From: a candidate division FCPU426 bacterium
GTDB lineage: Bacteria; Oederibacteriota; Muellerivitia; Muellerivitales; Muellerivitaceae
Direction of reading: 5' to 3'
NCBI GenBank assembly: GCA_963796105.1
Contig: CAWCKJ010000011.1
Coordinates: 32,001-96,000 of the forward strand
Length of the DNA stretch: 64,000 nt
The stretch's first letter is position 1. Each line of letters starts with the position of its first letter. The notes beneath the pieces are model-generated. The model saw nothing but the letters and a program-made list of their open reading frames with translations. It did no database searches and was not told the DNA's origin. This document shows, piece by piece, positions 50,311 to 59,001 of the stretch. Both the position numbers and the translations under genes were made by a program.

Positions 50311-51298
50311 CATGCCTATCCGAACAACGCTTGCGCAGTAATGGGTTTTGCCAAAGCGCAAGCGGTTAAGGCCCGGTGAAATAAGGAATCTGGGTCATGG
50401 CGACGATTGAACCGATAAGTATATTCGCTCAAGTATCCAGGCAGATATTTCACGTTGACTCCATGATGGGTTCCTAGGATCCAAGCCTTGGCGTTGGAAA
50501 TGAATCGGTGGACCCAAGGTAACCAGTGATTTAACACCACTGGGTCATTGGCTGTTACCTGGTACTCCACATCCACGTTTTCCAAGTTTCTCAAGCTGGG
50601 ACTGGCATCCGTGTTTATCATGGCGCCTTTCTGGATTGCTTGATCGACGAATGCTTGGGCTTCCCACTTGGTTTCTGCGGTCACCTTTATCTTTGCAAAA
50701 CCCGCTTTCTCTTTTTTGCGCCCTTTCTCATCTATCCATTCTTTGCTTTCAACCGCCACCAGCACTTCAGCCTGGTTTTCCTTTTCTCTCTTGCCGAATA
50801 CAGCCCCATCCAACTCAATGATTTCCTTGAGTTGGTAATTTTCATCCCTTTGTCGAAGACTTTCCCGAATCTTATGCAACATCCTCCAAACGGTATCGTA
50901 GGAGGGCATTCCCAATTGCCGCTGAAGTTCCAGGGCTGAAATGCCCCTTTTCCCTTGCATCACCAATCCAATCATCCTCAACCAGGTTAAGATTGGGATC
51001 TTGGATTTCCGGAAGATCGTTCCGGCTCGAAGCCGTATTTGCTTTCGACAATAGTCACATTCCCGCACTTCGGGGCGGTTTTTGTGTTGCCAGAAACTTT
51101 CTCCTTCACATTGTGGGCAAACAAAGTCTTTTCCGGCAAAACGGCTCTTCCACACCCATTGACGTGCCTTTTCTTCTGTATCGATTTCCTTGAAAATCTC
51201 AATCCCCTTCATCCGTTGGTAGTTCATAATTTGCCCCTCCAACAATGAGTATACTCCTGTATTCCTTTATTTCAACAGGTACCGTTTGGAGAGGCATT
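50311..51298 (-). mobile_element. IS1595-family insertion sequence (988 bp)
   Basis: Imperfect TIRs ATGCCTATCCGAAC / ATGCCTCTCCAAAC; 8-bp target duplication AAAAATCG at 50303-50310 and 51299-51306. Confidence 0.93.
50316..51245 (-). CDS. IS1595-family transposase
   Basis: CPQC..CDYC zinc ribbon, GISALELQRQLG, IELDG, INTDA, YLSEYTYRFNRR. Confidence 0.95.
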   Translation of the reverse strand: MLEGQIMNYQRMKGIEIFKEIDTEEKARQWVWKSRFAGKDFVCPQCEGESFWQHKNRPEVRECDYCRKQIRLRAGTIFRKSKIPILTWLRMIGLVMQGKRGISALELQRQLGMPSYDTVWRMLHKIRESLRQRDENYQLKEIIELDGAVFGKREKENQAEVLVAVESKEWIDEKGRKKEKAGFAKIKVTAETKWEAQAFVDQAIQKGAMINTDASPSLRNLENVDVEYQVTANDPVVLNHWLPWVHRFISNAKAWILGTHHGVNVKYLPGYLSEYTYRFNRRHDPDSLFHRALTACALAKPITAQALFG

Positions 51299-51916
51299 AA
51301 AAATCGTGAAGGTTCGTGTCCCGCCTTGTGGGGCGGGCTTCTCCGCCTTCGACGCGGTCCAATCCTGGATGCTGTCGAATCCGGTTTGCCGGTAAATCGA
51401 CGCCAGGGCCGCCCGGTCGAAACCATGGTGGAAAACCCCGGTATTATCCTCATGAAAAAATCCGCCGTCCGGGTCCAAGTCCGCTAGGGCCAGAATTCCC
51501 CCCGGTTTCAACAAACCATGAAATAGCGCGATAAGGACTTTGGTGTCACTGACATGATGGATTGCCATGCTGCTGACGATGAGATGGTAGCGCTCTTCCA
51601 ATTCACCGCCTTTTTCCAGATCCAGGAACCTGGTTTTTACGTTTTTTAATCCCATTTTCACGGCCTTATCCCGGAGAATATCGAGCATACCTTGGGAACT
51701 ATCGACGCCCGTGATAGCGCGCACAAGGGGTTGGAGTTGGAGTGTAACCAGCCCCGTCCCGCACCCGAAATCCAGCACCTCCATATCCCTCGTTATGGGG
51801 ACATGGATTTTGATGGCTTCGGCCACGTCACTCGCGAGTTTGACCCGTCCCGGTTTCTCGTCCCAGGTAGCGGCCTCTTTGTTAAAATCCCTGGTTTCCA
51901 TCCCTGCCCCTTCCAT
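51272..51916 (-). CDS. Class I SAM-dependent methyltransferase, C-terminus replaced by IS insertion
   Basis: VLDFGCGTG, GVDSS, LKPGG; native end LMTGYKKGQ* lies beyond the IS at 50273-50302. Confidence 0.88.
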   Translation of the reverse strand: MEGAGMETRDFNKEAATWDEKPGRVKLASDVAEAIKIHVPITRDMEVLDFGCGTGLVTLQLQPLVRAITGVDSSQGMLDILRDKAVKMGLKNVKTRFLDLEKGGELEERYHLIVSSMAIHHVSDTKVLIALFHGLLKPGGILALADLDPDGGFFHEDNTGVFHHGFDRAALASIYRQTGFDSIQDWTASKAEKPAPQGGTRTFTIFNASPNGTC

Positions 51917-52038
51917 TTTTAGGATCGTATGATCAATCCTTATTCATGCGTTTCTGACAACCCCGCCGTTCCACGCGGATTCCCGGGCATTCCCTTGCGG
52001 TTTTACGCCCGGGGTTTATGATATGCGCCGGAGGGAAC

Positions 52039-52371
52039 ATGTCCAGGCCACGCTGTCCACGTCGAATCGAATGCCGCCCCGACTCGAATTATTTCAAACC
52101 CCGCGGCATTCCCATGAGCGATTTGGAGGAAATCCTTTTGGAAGCCGATGAAATGGAATCCCTGCGGCTCGCCGATTTCGAGGGCCTTTACCACGAGAAG
52201 GCCGCGAAAAAAATGGGCATCTCCCGCCCCACCTTCGGGCGCATCCTGGAGTCAGCCCGGAAGAAAGTCGCCACGGCCCTGGTCAAGGGCAACGCCCTTC
52301 ATATCCAGACGGATATGAAAACCCCGGCTCAAAAGGCGATACCTCCCAATCCAGGCCCAGCCTCGTCCTAA
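52039..52371 (+). CDS. DUF134 (UPF0251) HTH DNA-binding protein
   Basis: MSRPRCPRRI, FKPRGIP, EMESLRLAD, MGISRPTFGRILESARKKVA. Confidence 0.9.
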   Translation: MSRPRCPRRIECRPDSNYFKPRGIPMSDLEEILLEADEMESLRLADFEGLYHEKAAKKMGISRPTFGRILESARKKVATALVKGNALHIQTDMKTPAQKAIPPNPGPASS

Positions 52372-52442
52372 TATTCTCAACCGCCGTTTAAATCCTTCCG
52401 AATCCTACCGGGGTTTTACCCGCATGGGTTTCCGCTACGATT

Positions 52443-52470
52443 ATTTTGAGCATATGACCATAATAGTCAA
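52443..52470 (-). promoter_or_regulatory. Promoter-embedded palindromic operator, copy 1
   Basis: TTGACT-ATTATGGTCATATGCT-CAAAAT on the minus strand; matches 59002-59029. Confidence 0.65.
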
Positions 52471-52570
52471 GGCCTATCTATCGGGCCGGTTCCCTTCCCG
52501 TTTCAATGTGATTTAGATCATCAAACTAATCAGCCTCTCGCCTTAATATTCAATCGAAGTGATTTAGTAG

Positions 52571-52586
52571 TTTAGCATATGCTAAA
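52571..52586. promoter_or_regulatory. Perfect 16-bp palindrome upstream of the mvhD-arsR-tusA-hdrA operon
   Basis: TTTAGCATATGCTAAA, ~20 nt before the first start codon. Confidence 0.65.
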
Positions 52587-52605
52587 TCAGTAAAGGGGTG
52601 GATGA

Positions 52606-53028
52606 ATGGCTGGCATCGCGGCAGTGGTGGACCCGGCGGATCTCAAGAGGATCGGCCAGGGAGCCCCCAAAATATTGATTTTGACGACCCTGGCGAGTTC
52701 CTATCCCGGCGCCAACGCGGTGGGCCAAGCGCGCCTTCAGTATTCGCCAAACACCTATATCTTCCGGGTCCCCGACCCAGTCCTGTTCCCCGACGATTTC
52801 TACCTGAGGTGTTTCGAGAAGGGTTTTGCCGGCATCATCGTGATGTCCAGCGGATCAGACTGCCCCTACGAAGGCGCCTACCCGCGGTTGTCGGCCCGAA
52901 TCGGCCGCGTCTATCAGCGCATGAAGGAACGTGGAATCCCGACAAACCGGCTCAAGCTCACGACCATCTGTACCGTATGCAGGGCGGCTTTTTTGAAAGA
53001 AATTTCCGAAATGGAAACGGCAATCTAG
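52606..53028 (+). CDS. MvhD/FlpD-like protein with atypical Cys pattern
   Basis: PKILI..SYPGANAVGQARLQYSPN..IFRV, GSDCPY, GIPTNRLKL follow the MvhD pattern. Confidence 0.8.
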   Translation: MAGIAAVVDPADLKRIGQGAPKILILTTLASSYPGANAVGQARLQYSPNTYIFRVPDPVLFPDDFYLRCFEKGFAGIIVMSSGSDCPYEGAYPRLSARIGRVYQRMKERGIPTNRLKLTTICTVCRAAFLKEISEMETAI

Positions 53029-53044
53029 CAAGAGGTGACCAAAC

Positions 53045-53350
53045 ATGAATAAAAACCAGATAGACCACGCCGGGGAAGGCGCGGAAATATTGGCCTGCTT
53101 GGCCCATCCCACCCGGCTCCTGATCGTCTGCCTTCTCCTAAAGCGGGAACATTTTGTCCAGGAATTGTTGGATGAGCTGGGAAGCACCAAGGGAAATCTC
53201 TCCCAGCACTTGCGCATCCTTTCAGGGAAGGGCCTTTTACGGAAACGCAAGGAAAACAACCGTGTTTATTACGGAATTCAGGACGTCCGGGTCCGGCACC
53301 TGGTCGTACTGTTGAAGAAACTTTATTGCCCGGGTCTGAAGACTCATTAA
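53045..53350 (+). CDS. ArsR/SmtB-family repressor, BigR/SqrR-like
   Basis: LAHPTRLLIVCLL, LSQHL, VYY, LYC; Cys29 and Cys95. Confidence 0.88.
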   Translation: MNKNQIDHAGEGAEILACLAHPTRLLIVCLLLKREHFVQELLDELGSTKGNLSQHLRILSGKGLLRKRKENNRVYYGIQDVRVRHLVVLLKKLYCPGLKTH

Positions 53351-53375
53351 CTAAAAAATTAAGAGGAGGCTCATC

Positions 53376-53624
53376 ATGACGGACCTTTCCAATATCACAT
53401 CGGACAAGCAGGTGGACGCGCGATCCATGGCCTGCCCAGGTCCCCTGCTGGAGGCCAAGAAGGCCATCGGCACCGTGCCGGTTGGAAAAATCCTTGAAAT
53501 CATGTCCGGCGACAAGGGCAGCCGGGAGGATATCCCCGCCTGGTGCACCAAGATGGGGCACGAATACCTCGGATTCAAGGAAAAGGACGGTTACGACAGC
53601 CTGTACTTGGTGCGGAAGAAATAA
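53376..53624 (+). CDS. TusA-family sulfur carrier
   Basis: DARSMACPGP (CPxP), DIPAWC..GH. Confidence 0.92.
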   Translation: MTDLSNITSDKQVDARSMACPGPLLEAKKAIGTVPVGKILEIMSGDKGSREDIPAWCTKMGHEYLGFKEKDGYDSLYLVRKK

Positions 53625-53642
53625 GAAGGGTCGGGGGTTCGT

Positions 53643-54950
53643 ATGCAAAGGGTATCGGAAGCAAATACCGTTAAATGTGATGTATTGGTGGTGGGTGGCG
53701 GAATCGCCGGCTTGCAGGCCGCCTTGGACGTGGCCGACCAGGGGAAGAAAGTCCTTTTGATCGAGAAACAGCCCAGCATCGGCGGGCGCATGATCAACTT
53801 GAGCAAGGTTTTCCCCACCCTGGATTGCGCCAGCTGTATCACCACCCCCCGCATGGCCTCGGTGGCCCACCACCCCAACATCACGACCCGGACCTATACC
53901 GAAATTAAAGACCTGCGCCAGGACGGCCCTTCGTTTAAAGGCGTCCTAAAACAAAAGGCGCGCTTCGTCCATGAGGATGCCTGCATCGGGTGCAGGCGTT
54001 GCGAGGAAGTTTGCCCGGTCCTGGTTCCCGACGAGTATGAGCACGGCCTGGGGGCCCGAAAGGCCATCCGCATTCCCTTTACCAACGCCATTCCCCAATA
54101 CGCCGTGCTGGACATGGAAAACTGCATCCTTTGCGGCGCCTGTGCCAGGGCCTGCCCCACGGACTGCATTGATTTTCTGCATAAGGACCAGGAGACCTTG
54201 GTGGAGGCCGGAGCCGTCATCCTGGCCACGGGCCATCAATTGACGCCCATGGACGGCAAACCCCAGTACGGTAAGGCGCTGTTGCCCAACGTGATTTCCC
54301 CCATGCAAGCCGAAAGGCTCCTGGCACCCCACGGCCCCTACGGCCGGGTTTTGCGCCCCTCCGACGGCAAGATCCCCGACAGCATCGCCTATGTGCAATG
54401 CGCTGGAAGCCGGGACCAGAGCCTGGGGGTGCCCTATTGTTCCCGAGTCTGCTGTATGTACGCCGTCAAGCAGGCCATGCTTCTTTCCGGTTCACTCCCC
54501 ACCGCCGACATCACCATCTACTACATGGACATCCGGGCCTTCGGAAAGGGTTACGAGCAGTTCGTAACCAGCGCACGATCCATGGGCATCAACTTCGTGA
54601 AGGCAAAGGTCGCCCGAATCACCGAGGACGCCGAAAACAACCCGATCATTCGCATCGAGCGGCAGGAAGCCAATTCCCTGCCCGAGGAAGTGAAACACGA
54701 TCTGGTGGTTCTCTCCCTGGGAATGCTTCCCGGGGCGGACCCCGTCCTGGAGAATTTCGCGGGTGTGAACTGCGCCCCAGACGGTTTCCTGGAAAGCCCC
54801 CAGTCCAAATTGGCCCCAACCCGGACAACCACCCCGGGCGTATTCGCGGCAGGCACTGCGATCGGCCCCAAGGATATCGTGGACTCCATCGTGGACGCGG
54901 GTTCCGCCGCCACTGAAGCCCTGAAATACCTTCACCAGCAAAAATACTGA
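53643..54950 (+). CDS. HdrA/QmoA-like FAD and Fe-S protein (HdrA-1)
   Basis: VGGGIAG, KVFPTLDCASC, two CxxCxxCxxxCP, QCAGSRD, YCSRVCCMYAVK, GPKDIVDS. Confidence 0.92.
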   Translation: MQRVSEANTVKCDVLVVGGGIAGLQAALDVADQGKKVLLIEKQPSIGGRMINLSKVFPTLDCASCITTPRMASVAHHPNITTRTYTEIKDLRQDGPSFKGVLKQKARFVHEDACIGCRRCEEVCPVLVPDEYEHGLGARKAIRIPFTNAIPQYAVLDMENCILCGACARACPTDCIDFLHKDQETLVEAGAVILATGHQLTPMDGKPQYGKALLPNVISPMQAERLLAPHGPYGRVLRPSDGKIPDSIAYVQCAGSRDQSLGVPYCSRVCCMYAVKQAMLLSGSLPTADITIYYMDIRAFGKGYEQFVTSARSMGINFVKAKVARITEDAENNPIIRIERQEANSLPEEVKHDLVVLSLGMLPGADPVLENFAGVNCAPDGFLESPQSKLAPTRTTTPGVFAAGTAIGPKDIVDSIVDAGSAATEALKYLHQQKY

Positions 54951-54957
54951 GGACATC

Positions 54958-56763
54958 ATGGAAGACCAAAAACATACGGATCACTCCAATTTAGGCGAAT
55001 CCACCGAGGATGTGCGGGTAGGCGTCTATGTCTGCCATTGCGGCGGTAATATCAGCGACGTGGTGGACGTCAAAGCCTTGTCCACACTGGCGGCCGAATA
55101 CCCTTACGTGGCCTTGGCCAAGGAATATCCCTTCATGTGCTCCGACCCGGGCCAAGCCTTGATCCTGGAGGATATCCAAGCCAACCGGATCAACCGGGTA
55201 GTCGTGGCCGCCTGCTCCCCGGCCCTGCACGAAACCACCTTCCGCCGTGCCCTTCAAAGGGGCGGCCTGAATCCGTACCTCTACGAGCACGTCAACATCC
55301 GGGAGCAGGTAAGCTGGGTTCATAAGGACAACCAGACCGCCGCCACGGGAAAAGCATTGGCCCTCATCCGGGCGGGTGTCAAAAAGATAGCCCGTCAGGA
55401 TCCCCTGCAGGCCCTGCGCGTCAACGCCGAGCATCGTGTGGCGGTCATCGGCGGGGGCGCGGCTGGCCTCACCGCCGCCTTGTCCCTGGCCGGTATGGGC
55501 CTTCCCGTGGACCTCTTTGAGAAGGGAAAAACCCTGGGGGGGCGCCTTTTGGAAATGGGGCGGGTCTTCCCCACTGAGGAAGAATCCGCCAGCCTGGCAC
55601 GCACTTTGGCCGAGGCCGTAACCACAAACACCGATATCAGGGTGCACCTGGGGTGCGAAATCAAATCCGTGGAAGGCTTTGTAAGCAATTTCAATGTTCA
55701 CGCCTTGGAAGAGGGCAAACCCTTGAAGATCCGGGCCGGAGCGCTGGTTTTGGCCACCGGATTCGACCCGTACCAGCCCGTTCCGGGCGAATTTGGTTTC
55801 GGTTCATCGCCACGGGTCGTCACCCTTCCGGAATTCCAAAAAGACTTGGCCTCATGCCCCCAAGGTATGGTCCTGAAATGGAAGGACCGGGAGATCAGGA
55901 ACCTGGCCTTCATCCACTGCGTTGGAAGCCGGCAGGTGGAGGGCATCCATCCTCCCCAGGCTGACGGGAAGGTGAATGATTATTGTTCCCGGGTATGCTG
56001 TACAGCGACCCTGCACGCCGCGAACCAGGTGATGGACCGTTTTCCCCAAACCCAGGTTTATGACTGCTACAAGGATATCCGCACCTATGGCAGGGGCCAT
56101 GAGGCCTATTACGAACAGGCGTCCAAAAAAGGCGCCCTTTTTTTCCGCTACACCGACGAGTCCCTGCCTGAATACATTGAGGACGGAAACCGGGCCCGCT
56201 TGAAAATCCGTGATGTGCTGACCTGGAACCAGGAAGTCGAAATTCCCGTGGATCTTTTGGTCCTTTCAACCGGCATCGTCCCCCGGGACATCAAAGGCTT
56301 GGTGGAAAGCCTGAAACTTCCGGTCGGTTCAGACCGTTTTTTGCAGGAAGCCCATCCCAAATTGAGGCCTGTGGAAGTGCCCAACAACGGCATCTTCCTC
56401 GCCGGAACTTGCCAGGCTCCCATGACGCTGGACGAAAGCTGCGCTGCGGCCGGCGCGGCGGCGTCCAAAGCCGCCCAACTTCTTTCCCAGGCCGAGATCA
56501 GCCTGGACCCCTTCGTGGTTGAACTACAAGAGGAACTTTGCGACGGCTGCGGCCATTGCCTGGCGGAATGCTCCTATACCGGGGCTCTCAGCCTGGTTCC
56601 TCAAGACGGGGCCGCTCCGAACAGCCAGATCGTCGCCGTGAACCCCGCCCTATGCAAAGGTTGCGGGGCCTGCGTGGCGGTCTGCCAGCCCAGGGCTCTC
56701 AACATCGCCGGATGGCGTCTGGACCAGTTTGAGGCCATGGCCGACGCCATTGCCGCTTCTTAA
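54958..56763 (+). CDS. HdrA/QmoB-like FAD and Fe-S protein (HdrA-2)
   Basis: VGVYVCHCGGNI, FMCS, AACSP, NIREQVSWVH, IGGGAAG, HCVGSR, YCSRVCC, C-terminal 2x[4Fe-4S]. Confidence 0.92.
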   Translation: MEDQKHTDHSNLGESTEDVRVGVYVCHCGGNISDVVDVKALSTLAAEYPYVALAKEYPFMCSDPGQALILEDIQANRINRVVVAACSPALHETTFRRALQRGGLNPYLYEHVNIREQVSWVHKDNQTAATGKALALIRAGVKKIARQDPLQALRVNAEHRVAVIGGGAAGLTAALSLAGMGLPVDLFEKGKTLGGRLLEMGRVFPTEEESASLARTLAEAVTTNTDIRVHLGCEIKSVEGFVSNFNVHALEEGKPLKIRAGALVLATGFDPYQPVPGEFGFGSSPRVVTLPEFQKDLASCPQGMVLKWKDREIRNLAFIHCVGSRQVEGIHPPQADGKVNDYCSRVCCTATLHAANQVMDRFPQTQVYDCYKDIRTYGRGHEAYYEQASKKGALFFRYTDESLPEYIEDGNRARLKIRDVLTWNQEVEIPVDLLVLSTGIVPRDIKGLVESLKLPVGSDRFLQEAHPKLRPVEVPNNGIFLAGTCQAPMTLDESCAAAGAAASKAAQLLSQAEISLDPFVVELQEELCDGCGHCLAECSYTGALSLVPQDGAAPNSQIVAVNPALCKGCGACVAVCQPRALNIAGWRLDQFEAMADAIAAS

Positions 56764-56774
56764 AGGAAACGAAT

Positions 56775-57071
56775 ATGACCGAAAAAAACTTCACGCAAAT
56801 CAAGGAACAGCTCAAGTCCGTCCGGGAACATCGGGGTCCATCTTCCCCGGCCCTGCTGAATGAGGTCAAGGACCAGGCTAAAACTCAAAAGGCCGTGCTC
56901 AACGCCCTGGGGCAAGGCCCCTTGACTGTTCCTGAATTAGCCCAGACCATTGGCATTGGCACCCGGAAGCTTCTTTGGTATATCGCGGCTTTACGCAAGT
57001 ACGGCAAGGTCGCGGACGGTCCCAAGCGCGGAGCCTACCCAAGTTACATCCAGCATAAGGACAAGCCATGA
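56775..57071 (+). CDS. Small winged-helix-like protein
   Basis: GPLTVPELAQTIG...LWYIAALRKYGKV; ATGA overlap with next gene. Confidence 0.75.
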   Translation: MTEKNFTQIKEQLKSVREHRGPSSPALLNEVKDQAKTQKAVLNALGQGPLTVPELAQTIGIGTRKLLWYIAALRKYGKVADGPKRGAYPSYIQHKDKP

Positions 57072-58198
57072 GCATTTCCGTCAACCCAAACCTCATTAAA
57101 GATATCCGGTTCTATGGCGCTTTCGACATTTCCGCCTGTTTCAACTGCGGCAATTGCAGCGCTGTCTGTCCCCTTTCCGATGAGAAATCCTCTTTCCCCC
57201 GCAAGATGATCCGGCTGGGGCAATTGGGGGCGAAAGCGGAACTGCTATCAAAACAGGAAATGTGGCTTTGCTACAACTGCGGGGAATGCACCCAAACCTG
57301 CCCGCGCCAGGCAGGACCCGGGGAATACATGGCCGCGCTCAGGCGCTGGGCCGTGGCTCGTTACGAGCCAACCGGCCTGGCCGCCTGGATGTACAAAAGT
57401 CAGGCACTGGGTTTGGCGGTTACAGCGATTCTGGCGTTGTTACTGGGGACTTTTTTGCTGACGAGTAAACCCCACCACGAATTCCCGGACTGGATATTCA
57501 AATTGGTTCCTTACGACTCCATTCACTTCCTGGGCATGGGCATATTCGGTCTGTTGGGTCTTTCCATGATTGTGTCACTGGTGCGTTTTGGTTCCAACGC
57601 CTTGAAAGGCCAGCAGGATTTTTGGAAACGGCCCCTGAAGGAATATTTTTCCGCCGGAAAAGCCACGGTTCTCGAAATCTTGACCATGAACCGCCAGAAA
57701 CCGGCCGCGAACGAAACCCATGGATGGACATCGCCCTGGGCCGTTCACCTGGCCATCATGGGAGGATTCTTCGGCCTTCTGGGCGCCACCACTTCGGATT
57801 TTCTTTTCATCTATATTTTGGGAACCAAGCTCTATTGGCCCGCCAGGATTCTAGGTACCTTTTCGGGCCTGGCCCTGCTCTATGGGGTATCTTTCGCGAT
57901 CTGGCGCCGTTGGAAAGCCGAGGACGCCGCCGTGAAACACAGCCAGATGTCCGACTGGTGGCTGCTGATTTTTCTTTGGATCCTGGGAGTGACGGGCTTT
58001 TGGCTGGAGGCTGCCGTGGGTTTCCACTGGACCGCCTCCGTGCATTCATGGGTATTGTTGATCCATACGGTCATGGCCATGGAACTGGTCCTATTGGCCG
58101 GCATGACCAAACTGGCCCATGTCTTTTACAGGCCCCTGGCCCTCTATCTTCATTTTCTACCGGGCGGAACAGGAACCACCAAGCCATGCGGCGAGTAA
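57068..58198 (+). CDS. QmoC-like membrane protein (2x[4Fe-4S] + heme b membrane domain)
   Basis: CFNCGNCSAVCP, CYNCGECTQTCP, ~6 TM helices with His in VHLAIM, LIHTV, KLAHVFYRP. Confidence 0.85.
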   Translation: MSISVNPNLIKDIRFYGAFDISACFNCGNCSAVCPLSDEKSSFPRKMIRLGQLGAKAELLSKQEMWLCYNCGECTQTCPRQAGPGEYMAALRRWAVARYEPTGLAAWMYKSQALGLAVTAILALLLGTFLLTSKPHHEFPDWIFKLVPYDSIHFLGMGIFGLLGLSMIVSLVRFGSNALKGQQDFWKRPLKEYFSAGKATVLEILTMNRQKPAANETHGWTSPWAVHLAIMGGFFGLLGATTSDFLFIYILGTKLYWPARILGTFSGLALLYGVSFAIWRRWKAEDAAVKHSQMSDWWLLIFLWILGVTGFWLEAAVGFHWTASVHSWVLLIHTVMAMELVLLAGMTKLAHVFYRPLALYLHFLPGGTGTTKPCGE

Positions 58199-58372
58199 GC
58201 GCGAAGGGTCCGAAGACGGCATGGGTCGCCCCCCGGAATAATATGCCTTTTTTTCACCACCCGGATTGCCTGGGTTGCCGGGGCGAGGATGAAATTTGCT
58301 GCCAATTAATTGGGTTGTCCGATCACGATGTGAAACATTTGTTCAAGAAACAATTAAAAAAAGGAGTCCGCC

Positions 58373-58933
58373 ATGCCCGAACCGAACCTGAAGGAAATCG
58401 CCGAAAAAGTTCACTCCCTCGAATCGGAGGTCGCACAACTCAAGGCAAACGCGCCTGAGGACAAGCTTTCCATGGTGGTCATGAGCGGAGACCTGGACAA
58501 GTTATTGGCCTCCTTCATCATCGCCACTGGCGCCAGCGCCATGTTCGAAAAGGTCACCATGTTCTTCACCTTCTGGGCCACCGCGGCCCTGCGCGATCCC
58601 AAGAAGTCCATAGGCGGCAAGGATTTCATGGCCACAATGTTCGGCCATATGCTTCCCAAGGGCAGTCCAAACCTGGCGCTATCCAAGATGCACATGATGG
58701 GCATGGGCACCGCCATGATGAAAAGCTTGATGAAGAAGAAAAACGTTTTGTCCCTGGAGGAATTAATCCAGAAGGCTGGTGAGAACGGCGTTGAAATTTA
58801 CGTCTGCGAGATGAGCATGGATCTCATGGGGATGAAGATGGAGGAGATGATTGACTATCCGGGCATGAAACCCGCCGGCGTAGCCAAGTTCCTGCAGCAA
58901 GCCGGAACTAGCAAAGCGACAATTTTCATCTGA
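58373..58933 (+). CDS. DsrE/DsrF/DrsH-like (DsrE2-type) sulfur-transfer protein
   Basis: SGDLDK, MFFTFW, LSKMHMMGMG, VCEMSMDLMG, GVAKFL. Confidence 0.9.
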   Translation: MPEPNLKEIAEKVHSLESEVAQLKANAPEDKLSMVVMSGDLDKLLASFIIATGASAMFEKVTMFFTFWATAALRDPKKSIGGKDFMATMFGHMLPKGSPNLALSKMHMMGMGTAMMKSLMKKKNVLSLEELIQKAGENGVEIYVCEMSMDLMGMKMEEMIDYPGMKPAGVAKFLQQAGTSKATIFI

Positions 58934-59001
58934 GAAACCAGCGGCAAGAAAATCCGCGAACTCCGGAAACCGCCCTACGCATTTCGATCCTCATTTTCCC
59001 C

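Noticed and set aside
57622..58458. 278-aa ORF with a Cys-rich stretch (HHPDCLGC..ICC) between qmoC-like and dsrE
   Set aside because: Overlaps both real genes in another frame and has no clear RBS; a short peptide cannot be fully excluded
52606..58933. Evidence for dissimilatory sulfate reduction, methanogen-type Hdr or sHdr sulfur oxidation
   Set aside because: No aprAB, sat, dsrAB, hdrB, mvhAG or lbpA in the window; cannot be excluded for the rest of the genome
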